DNA of 63,808 nucleotides, counting the filler, from Trichomonas gallinae (Eukaryota), in NCBI GenBank assembly GCA_008369845.1. It is 10 parts of 10 records of this genome, joined end to end, with 100 filler letters (N's around TTAATTAATTAA, not from the genome) between each part and the next. Parts side by side here need not be neighbours in the genome. Positions count along the whole stretch, not along the records: positions 44,702 to 51,391 come from MRSU01001132.1; positions 51,492 to 55,768 come from MRSU01001137.1; 8 more parts are not named here. One strand, written 5' to 3'. How positions within the stretch are numbered: position 1 is the first letter of the stretch; every line of letters begins with the position of its first letter. The translations under genes and the position numbers were made by a program. Below, in pieces: positions 45,177 through 53,522 of this stretch. Below the pieces are notes generated by a model, which was not told the origin of the DNA, did no database searches, and saw only the letters and a list, made by a program, of their open reading frames with translations.

Positions 45177-45773
45177 ATTAGCCAATACCCAGCGGGTAAT
45201 GGCGGATTAGTAACAAAATACTATAACAGGTATAAGGATGCCACGAAATATATATCCTATAATGGTTCAAATCTTAAGATTGATGATAAATGCGATATTG
45301 ATCAAATTTATTTTTGGAATGTTGTCAAATCATATCATACACAGTTTATTTCTACACCTACTGAAAATAAAATATATTTTAACTTTAAACTGAAATCAAT
45401 TATTCAGATTATTCAAATCATAACTTATGAAGAATTTCGATTTCCATTGAAATACAACATATACGGCGTTAGTCATCAAGGTGATACATTTCTAATGTAT
45501 CATCAAACTCAACCAGTTTGTTCAAAATATACTCAAGGCGTTAATTGTGACAAAACAGAAATATACACAATAAATATTCCATTTAACAGCCAAAGGCCTA
45601 TAACTAACATCATTATTTCGAATGATGGACCTGATTCATGTGGAACGTATTGTAATACAATCGGATCCATCGAATTTTTCGGCTATGAATATATTGTCTG
45701 TCCAACAATAAGATATAATAGTCAGAATCGATTGTTATATTTATATCCTTTAATTGATTTTTCAGTTTCTTAA
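45177..45773 (+). CDS. F5/8-type-C-like / galactose-binding-like protein, 198 aa open frame without an N-terminal ATG
   Basis: TGA at 45174, then ISQYPAGNGGLVTKYY...FPLKYNIYG...NDGPDSCG...IGSIEFFG; first Met only ~107 codons in. Confidence 0.65.
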   Translation: MSQYPAGNGGLVTKYYNRYKDATKYISYNGSNLKIDDKCDIDQIYFWNVVKSYHTQFISTPTENKIYFNFKLKSIIQIIQIITYEEFRFPLKYNIYGVSHQGDTFLMYHQTQPVCSKYTQGVNCDKTEIYTINIPFNSQRPITNIIISNDGPDSCGTYCNTIGSIEFFGYEYIVCPTIRYNSQNRLLYLYPLIDFSVS

Positions 45774-45854
45774 TTATATTAAAAATACTTTGTTAATGAA
45801 ATACAATATCAAATACATGCTTAATCATTTAATAAAACCTTTTAAAATACATGA

Positions 45855-46790
45855 TCAATTTGATTGATTTGTAATATCAACTAATTGCTGCTTTGATTTA
45901 ATACCACCTGTTGCTCCTATTGATCTAACAGCTATGGAGCCTGCAGCACAGCCTCTTTTTGCAGAGTTGACAATATCTAAACCATCGAAGAGTCCGCTGA
46001 TGAATCCAGAAACCATTGCATCGCCTGCACCTGTAGTATCGACAGCTTCTGCAATGTAAGCTGGAACTTTCGTGCTGATTTCTTTGTTCTTAATGAAAAC
46101 ACCTTCTTTTCCAAGTTTTATTATAACATTTTTAACACCAAATGATAGGAGATCATCGGCAATTTCGTTAATGTCCTTTTTACCAGTAAGCTGTGATGCC
46201 TCCTGGAAATTTGGTAAAAAGTAGTCAATGTACGGTAAACATTTCTTAGCATCATCTAATGTGTGTCTATCTGCGTGCATCATGTCTGCAACTGTGATGC
46301 AATTTTCATTTTTAGCATGCTCAAGAATATATTTAGCAGCTTCTCCATCAAGTGAAAGGCTACCATATAAGCTACCCAATGATACAATTTTTGCGCCTTT
46401 AAATGCAGTAACATCAATATCTTTTGATGTAATCGAGCTGTTTGTTCCTTCTGCGTTACCGATAAAGTTTCTTTCTCCATTTTTATTTATGAGTACGATA
46501 GTAATTGATGTCGGAAACTCAGTTGTGGTAGTGACCGAACTCATATCGATGCCGCGGCTTTGTCCTTCCGCTAAAAGATATGTACCAACACCATCTACGC
46601 CAACCTTACCGCACATTTTTATTTTGTAGCCCATTGAAGAGAGATTTACAGCTTGATTGAAAGCATCTCCACCTGTAGAGAGCTTTACCATTGAAACACG
46701 TGTTATATCACGGTCAAATATACCATTATCTACGCCATCAGCCAGCACATCTGCGACCATTACTCCGACGCAAACGATATCTGCAGACAT
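45855..46790 (-). CDS. PfkB/ribokinase-family carbohydrate kinase
   Basis: GGDAFNQA, GKVGVDGVG, PNFQEA, IKLGKEG, VDTTGAGDAMVSGF; likely start MSADIV at 46790. Confidence 0.95.
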   Translation of the reverse strand: MSADIVCVGVMVADVLADGVDNGIFDRDITRVSMVKLSTGGDAFNQAVNLSSMGYKIKMCGKVGVDGVGTYLLAEGQSRGIDMSSVTTTTEFPTSITIVLINKNGERNFIGNAEGTNSSITSKDIDVTAFKGAKIVSLGSLYGSLSLDGEAAKYILEHAKNENCITVADMMHADRHTLDDAKKCLPYIDYFLPNFQEASQLTGKKDINEIADDLLSFGVKNVIIKLGKEGVFIKNKEISTKVPAYIAEAVDTTGAGDAMVSGFISGLFDGLDIVNSAKRGCAAGSIAVRSIGATGGIKSKQQLVDITNQSN

Positions 46791-47010
46791 TGACAACTTA
46801 TGACTATATCTCGTATATAACATGATAAAATTTGTGGTATGTATTAATATGTGCTGCTAATATACACTCAATTTAACTCATTTCAATTTTCAAAAATTAA
46901 ATTTCGAACAAAAGCAGTCTAATAACTCTCAAACCACCTAAAATAAATAAAATAGATATTTTCATTATTATTTGAGCAAATATTCATAAATTTGAAATTC
47001 ATATTTAATT

Positions 47011-48027
47011 TTAAAGTAAGATGAAAACTTGAATAAGAAATACTTTTAGATCGATGCATAGAGTTGATATAGGACAAGTTGAATCAGGCTGGAAGGCAGT
47101 TGCAGGAATTCCAGCATTGATATAATCATATTTCTTATTTTGATCTATAATAAAAGCCTTTTTAACATAAAAATTGTTGAATGCGTTTGGTGCAATTGTT
47201 ACATTAGATGGTAAAGTAATATGATTTAAATTACGGATTGAATAGAAACATGAAGCAGAGATAGTTTCTACACCTTCTGGAATAATAATTTCTTTCAGTT
47301 TTGGCATAGCGCCAAAAGTATATTTGTCAAGTATTTTAACATTTGGAGAAAGTATCAAAATTTCTAGGAACTTTATATTTACAAGTCCCCATTTTCCAAT
47401 TTTTGTAATACTATCAGGCAATTTAATGTATTTTAAAATAGAAGTTGAAAATGCGCCATTTTCTATAGAATTAACATTAGGATGATATTCGATTTCAGTA
47501 ACATTTGATGAAACAGCAAGAAGGGCATTGAAATTACTATTATAAATAACATCTTTATACATTTTATATTTTGGATGATTTGTATCTACAGAATAATAAA
47601 CTAAACTTGATCCAAAAGCATTAAAATAAACATATTCAATATTAAGAGATACAAAAAATGAAATGTTAAAATTATTATGCGTGAAAGCATTAGAATGTAT
47701 TGTAGTTATAGAAGGAGAAAGTTTAAGTATTTCAATACTACATAGTCTAAATGCTTCTTGTTCAATTATTTTTAATTTTGAACAATTCGATAAATCAACT
47801 GTTCTTAAATTCGAACAATATGCGAATGCAAAGCTTCCAATTGTCACTAAACCTCTAGGAAATGTAACTGTTTGAAGCGTATCTCTAGATAATATAAATG
47901 CATAATTATTTTCATCGCCGGATTTAATTGTTTGGCATGTATCATCAATCTTTATATCAACTGCATTTTCAACACTGACTAATGTTGTTTTAGTTGTATC
48001 ATCTTCCCAATGAAAAACAGCTCCCAA
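47011..48027 (-). CDS. BspA-like (TpLRR/LRR_5) surface protein, no in-frame ATG at N-terminus
   Basis: LVTIGSFAFAYCSNLRTVDL, VNSIENGAFS, IPEGVETISASCF repeats; TAA-CAC-TTG at the 5' end; first Met ~155 codons in. Confidence 0.85.
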   Translation of the reverse strand: MGAVFHWEDDTTKTTLVSVENAVDIKIDDTCQTIKSGDENNYAFILSRDTLQTVTFPRGLVTIGSFAFAYCSNLRTVDLSNCSKLKIIEQEAFRLCSIEILKLSPSITTIHSNAFTHNNFNISFFVSLNIEYVYFNAFGSSLVYYSVDTNHPKYKMYKDVIYNSNFNALLAVSSNVTEIEYHPNVNSIENGAFSTSILKYIKLPDSITKIGKWGLVNIKFLEILILSPNVKILDKYTFGAMPKLKEIIIPEGVETISASCFYSIRNLNHITLPSNVTIAPNAFNNFYVKKAFIIDQNKKYDYINAGIPATAFQPDSTCPISTLCIDLKVFLIQVFILL

Positions 48028-48327
48028 GTGTTAAATATAATCCGAAGCATCAATTACTAAATTTCATTTGTCACCTTTTAGATTGAAAAATTTTGACACT
48101 TTTAATATTTACAAACGTCATTTTTGTAAAATTGATATTATAACTCACTTTTTAGGGAAAAAATACCACAATTAATATGCCATGTAAACAATCAAAATTT
48201 GATGGATTTTGTTTTGTAAACCATCAAATCTGACGAATAAATAATGTCATTTTTGAAGAATTGCTAACCATTGTCACTTTTCTATTGAAATGTCACTTTT
48301 GCTAGTTGTCACTTTTCAGGTTTCTCT

Positions 48328-51036
48328 ATGCAGACAGGGAATATTACTAAAGAACTCTCTGTTTTGCTCTGCCACTATTTAAAGGACAGATTCCCGGACA
48401 CTTACGCAGAACTTGTTAAATACGTTGAGAAAAATAAATTACTACCCGACGATTGCTATGATATCACACAAGCATTATCAGTTCGATATCCAAATTTCCC
48501 AACTGACCATTTCTTTCAATTTATAAAGACACTCCGCCCAGAAGATGACTACCCGAGTATCTTTCGGAGAATAACACCTTTCCCTAAAATAGTTGATGAT
48601 TATGTTCGTTTTATTTCGCACGAATGCAAGATTGCGTGCCACAAAGACTCAATTTACTGCATGTATATCGACCCTCTTTCAAGAGTTCTCATAACTGGCT
48701 CTGATGATTATTCAATAAAAGTTTTCAAACTGCCAGAATTGCAATTTGTTAAGCGTTTAGTCGGCCATGAAGGATGTATAACAAATATATCGTGCAATCC
48801 TTTGTGTACAATGCTTTTATCTTCATCTCATGATAAAACAATACGTTTATGGTCGTTAGTTACAGGAAAATGCATTTCCGTTCTTGCCAACTTTTCATAT
48901 GACGTCGTCCACTCTGCAATTTTCTCACCATCTGGCTCAATGATCGCTGCTGCCTGCGAAGATGGCACTGTTCCACTCTGGACGACGCCAGATGCCATAC
49001 AAGGCAAACCTCCATGCAGAATATTGAGATCTCCTGGGAAAGGACCAGTTGCTTGGGTTACATTTTCACCCGGTGGTGAATTTTTAGCATATTCATCAGA
49101 ACCATCACACGTCACAGTTGTACCCCTCAAAACAATGACGCAGACAATCTTAGACCTCCACCAGAGCCTTGTAGACATAGTTTTGTTTACTCACGGATTT
49201 TTCGGAAATGGCGAATACGGACCCCGCCTTCTGACTGTCTCCGGAGAAGACGGCGCTGTAGCCTGCTGGCAGATGGAGTCGGGCAGCTGGAAAACGAAGT
49301 ACACGATAAAGCACGGCGTCGGACGTCAAAAGTCAAAAATTTTAAAGGTAGTTCCTGACATGAATGAGCACGTTTTCCTTCTTTCCCGCACAAACCACCT
49401 CTATGCGTGCGACATGCTGACGGGCGAGACCCTCGGGCACTTCCCTGAAGTCCCAATTTGCGAGGACGTCACATGCATAGCGGCACATCCTTTCAGACCT
49501 GAAATATTCTTCATTGGAAACACAAGCGGCGACGCAGCTCTTGTTGACACAAACAAACTTGAAGTTATATCGAGTATAGCGCATGCCATGGGCACACTGA
49601 ATGAGGCCTGCTGGTCGCAGGACGGCAGCGCGGTCTACGCGGCTGACAATGAAGGAAATGTTGGAATATTCAGAATCACGCCGACAAAAGTTGACAGGAA
49701 ACCTGTCAAAGACATTGAACTGTTCGAAGGCCATGAATTCGGATACAAAGAGAATTACTTGTGTGACAAGAAGGGCAACAAGCTCGTCCCACAGCCAGTC
49801 CCCATAGATATTAGATCATTGGAGTTGCCGATCAATATGCTGCAGAGCACTTTCTTGAGAGATTGCGCAAACGAGCTCGCATTAGTTCAGAGGATCATTA
49901 CAAACGATCACCCGGAGCCAGTGGCACCTGAGAACCACGTGGACATCGCACCGCCAACGCACATTCCAGTCACAATAGATATAATCAACAACCCGCGCGG
50001 CCCGAATGTTGTCTTCGAAGAGGAAACAATACAGGAAGAAGAGGACGGTGATCTGAATATTGAGATAGAATCAACGAGTGATGAATGGGATCTGGACGCT
50101 GGATTGGCTGGAGATGATGATGACAACGATTTCACGATGATGGAACAGTCCTCTGAGCAAATTCCAGGCAAATGGCCAGCATGGCAAACAGCCACTGTCG
50201 CCGATGAACTTTTCTATCTGCCGCAAGTTGGTGATGAGGTTGTCATTGCTGCTGATGCTTACGCCAAAGTTGGCGAAGAGCACAACTGTCCGCTCCCAGA
50301 TGACAGAACGTTTAACGCGGGTCCAGCAAGAGGAACTATCACCGAAATGGCATCGCATGAAGCCGGAATTCTTCTGACGATACAAGTTAAGGGATCGAAT
50401 GTAAATGTTGTTTATCCTGTTCCAGGTCCATCCAGCAGATTCTTGGACACTGTCACTAGGTTCCGCTCAGTGTCTGAGTCCATCTCAAGATTTTCCCCTC
50501 AAGCGAGAGTCTCTGTTGCAAGACTCGAAGGTGCTGGCGTCAAAATACAAAGAGGAGTAATAGCTAAAGTCGCGAAGGACATAGCGGAGCACCCACACAA
50601 CTCTGTGACAGTCAGATGGGATGGATCTGGAAATGAGAGCACGATATCGCCGTGGGATGCTTTCTCCGTCGGAAGGAAGAGAATATACGCGACTCTCCCT
50701 CAGCTCACTCCTGCTGTCGAGAAAACTGCTCTGTCCGTCATCGACTCTGCTGGAGGAAAAGAGCCCGCCATTGTCTCTCTCAAGAAGCTAGACGAAGAGG
50801 CCGTAGATAGGATAACGTATCCGATGTCACTTGTGTTGATCAGGGAGAGAGTCAAAGGCGGATGGTATAGATCATCTAAGGCGCTGATTTACGATGTCGA
50901 AAAACTGAACTCGGTCGTTGAAGAGGTCTTCGGAAAGGAGTCTCCTGTCACTGAAAACACAAAATCAGCTGTTCAGCACATGATAACGTCAATCAACAAG
51001 GCCTCAAAATCATCGAGCAAGAAGAAATCACATTAA
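48328..51036 (+). CDS. BRWD/PHIP-like WD40-repeat protein with C-terminal bromodomain-like region
   Basis: LisH-like ELSVLLCHYL, WD40 repeats (LITGSDDYSIKVF, GHEGCI, SHDKTIRLW), YLPQVGDEV, ISPWD, YPMSLVLIRERVKGGWYRS. Confidence 0.85.
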   Translation: MQTGNITKELSVLLCHYLKDRFPDTYAELVKYVEKNKLLPDDCYDITQALSVRYPNFPTDHFFQFIKTLRPEDDYPSIFRRITPFPKIVDDYVRFISHECKIACHKDSIYCMYIDPLSRVLITGSDDYSIKVFKLPELQFVKRLVGHEGCITNISCNPLCTMLLSSSHDKTIRLWSLVTGKCISVLANFSYDVVHSAIFSPSGSMIAAACEDGTVPLWTTPDAIQGKPPCRILRSPGKGPVAWVTFSPGGEFLAYSSEPSHVTVVPLKTMTQTILDLHQSLVDIVLFTHGFFGNGEYGPRLLTVSGEDGAVACWQMESGSWKTKYTIKHGVGRQKSKILKVVPDMNEHVFLLSRTNHLYACDMLTGETLGHFPEVPICEDVTCIAAHPFRPEIFFIGNTSGDAALVDTNKLEVISSIAHAMGTLNEACWSQDGSAVYAADNEGNVGIFRITPTKVDRKPVKDIELFEGHEFGYKENYLCDKKGNKLVPQPVPIDIRSLELPINMLQSTFLRDCANELALVQRIITNDHPEPVAPENHVDIAPPTHIPVTIDIINNPRGPNVVFEEETIQEEEDGDLNIEIESTSDEWDLDAGLAGDDDDNDFTMMEQSSEQIPGKWPAWQTATVADELFYLPQVGDEVVIAADAYAKVGEEHNCPLPDDRTFNAGPARGTITEMASHEAGILLTIQVKGSNVNVVYPVPGPSSRFLDTVTRFRSVSESISRFSPQARVSVARLEGAGVKIQRGVIAKVAKDIAEHPHNSVTVRWDGSGNESTISPWDAFSVGRKRIYATLPQLTPAVEKTALSVIDSAGGKEPAIVSLKKLDEEAVDRITYPMSLVLIRERVKGGWYRSSKALIYDVEKLNSVVEEVFGKESPVTENTKSAVQHMITSINKASKSSSKKKSH

Positions 51037-51952
51037 TGATTTCATATTATTTCTTTGTTTTAAATAAATTGTTATTATTATCTTCAAATTTTACTCAAAA
51101 TCACATTCATATTTTATTAATGGTTAAAAAATTGCTCAAATTAAATATTTATATCAATAATTAATGTTATATTATCATTTGCATATGTTTCATTTAATAT
51201 ATTATCAGAAGTTTTCTATGTTAAACAGTTATGATTCATGTATATAGTTATGCCTTTTCTCAACCCAAATTATTATGATAATTTTTCAAATCGACAAAAT
51301 GTCAATTTAATAAGACTTTACATAGCAAATCATGTCAAAAAGTTTTCAAAATATATTTTACATTGTCAAAAAAAACTTTACAAAGCAAAATNNNNNNNNN
51401 NNNNNNNNNNNNNNNNNNNNNNNNNNNNNNNNNNNTTAATTAATTAANNNNNNNNNNNNNNNNNNNNNNNNNNNNNNNNNNNNNNNNNNNNCACTCTGAA
51501 TCATAAAGAATTGAATTTGCAAAATTAGTTTTCTGAGCTCAGATCAATTTGATGACTTTACGCTGTCAATTGTAAAACTTTACATGTCAGACATGGTTAA
51601 TTTTTCAATGCCCTCAGAAATCAATTTTATGAGCACTATAATTTTTTTATCTTGTCTTTTAATTGAATCAATTCACTTATTAATATACCAAATCCCTCCA
51701 GTAAATATTAATATTGCCTGTAATATGAAATAACAATCATTTGCCACGTAAAACTGAGAATAAATCAAAATTTGGTCGCATACGATTATTTTCAATTCAA
51801 ATTTCCATGCAATTTAAAGTGAAAATAATCATAAGCTGCCGAATTAAAATTTTACTACATTTTTAGTAGCCATCTCGCCCGTAAAAACGTCACAAAATTT
51901 TAAATTTTATGACAAAAATTTTTAAATTTTTTTTTCTGACACATTATTATTA

Positions 51953-52729
51953 ATGTTCAAAGAACAACATGTTGTTCTCGAACATGTTGAGTTTGCAGAA
52001 ATTACCGTCTATAGATGCTTAGAAGGTTACCCTCCAAGAAAGCACATCATATCTCTCTGCAAAACAACAGAAGAAAGGGGTAACAGACTCCTAGGTCAGT
52101 ATTGTTATATTAGTAATTACATTGAAAAGAATGATATCCATGTTCCCGGCTATACTCATTATCTTTATGAACCTGTACGTAACTTCTTAAACAGCTTCAA
52201 AAATACACCCAAAAATTATGATTTATATGTAAGCCAATATCCTGAATCTTGTTATCTCCTCAAACAAGTCGACACGGATAAAATATACTCAGAATTTGCG
52301 AAAAATTTTGATCATTTTTTCGACCTTCTTGAGGAAAAGTTACCAAGCATCCTCTATCTAGTTGAGCGTCACAAGAAATACAGTACTCGCGGGTGGCTTG
52401 ATATCTTCGACAGTCAAAAAGTCAAAGTTTTGAAACAAAACAGCGAAAGTCTTTCTTTACAAATTGGCAATAAATGCCGGGATCTTTTAACATTCATTCT
52501 TCCTATTGCACGAATCTCATTAGAAACATATTATGATTCTGTTAAGTTTGGGTTCAAAAATCATATTCCTCTATATACTGAATGGGGCTATAGATTTGAT
52601 TTTCCCGAGTTTTTATTTATGGAGGAACCCAATAATATTGCATACATTCCCGAAATTGAAGAACTTCATGAAGACAAAAGATTCACTTTGAAAGATCGAA
52701 TTTGTATGACACAAGAAGATTATGTATAG
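51953..52729 (+). CDS. Hypothetical protein, 258 aa
   Basis: ATG-initiated ORF; no motif recognised; flanked by degenerate direct repeats. Confidence 0.6.
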   Translation: MFKEQHVVLEHVEFAEITVYRCLEGYPPRKHIISLCKTTEERGNRLLGQYCYISNYIEKNDIHVPGYTHYLYEPVRNFLNSFKNTPKNYDLYVSQYPESCYLLKQVDTDKIYSEFAKNFDHFFDLLEEKLPSILYLVERHKKYSTRGWLDIFDSQKVKVLKQNSESLSLQIGNKCRDLLTFILPIARISLETYYDSVKFGFKNHIPLYTEWGYRFDFPEFLFMEEPNNIAYIPEIEELHEDKRFTLKDRICMTQEDYV

Positions 52730-53130
52730 ATAGCATACTAACTAACCATGTTTTGATTGATCATATTGCAATTATCAAATTCGAAAATTTTTAGAGTCTT
52801 GATCTATTACACACTCTCACTGGTTTGAGCAATCTTCATATCAATCCTCCAGGCTTCTGTTGCTCTCACTGCTCAAATTTGCAATCATTTAAGTTCACTT
52901 GAACTGCTTGAAATTCTCAATATTTACGACAATAAAAACCACACAGAAAATATTTATACTATAAAACTACACGACGATGAAAATTTGTCTGCGAAGTGCA
53001 ATGATGATGTGCTTAGAATAAAGATTATTTTTTTTTTTATCTTGTAATTTATTTGAACCAATTCACTGATAGATATGCAAAATCCTCTTACCAGTCTTCT
53101 TCAAAAGACGAGATAGTTTCAAATTGCTTC

Positions 53131-53333
53131 AGACACCATATCTGAGGTATTCACAGTCTTATGAGAGTCTCAGAGACTGTGTATGCCTCAGATATGGTGC
53201 CTTCTGTTGATCTCACTTAGATCTAAACTTCGATGAAATTAGATTTAGAGCGAGATCAACATAAATTGATGCCACTTGTCTGCAGCAAAGTTTTATGCTG
53301 TAACATGATGCTTTGCTGAAGAAAAGTGGCATT
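53131..53333 (+). other. Three consecutive long stem-loops (candidate structured RNA or palindromic element)
   Basis: Inverted repeats at 53131-53202, 53205-53261 and 53268-53333. Confidence 0.7.
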
Positions 53334-53522
53334 CGCTCTTACCAGTTTCTAGAAAAAGATGAAATCTTCATCATATGTCACTTTTTAGACATTTTACATG
53401 TCAAAATATGACATGTAAAGTATCACTTTTCGTGACGAATTTCTGTTGAAAAAAAAATGAAATTACATATATATCTATAGACATAAATCGATACTGTGAT
53501 TAAATTATTTAAAAAAACGTTT

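Noticed and set aside
53085..53346. CRISPR- or integron-like interpretation of the repeats and hairpins
   Set aside because: Only two direct repeats, no regular spacers, no cas or integrase gene, and a eukaryotic context
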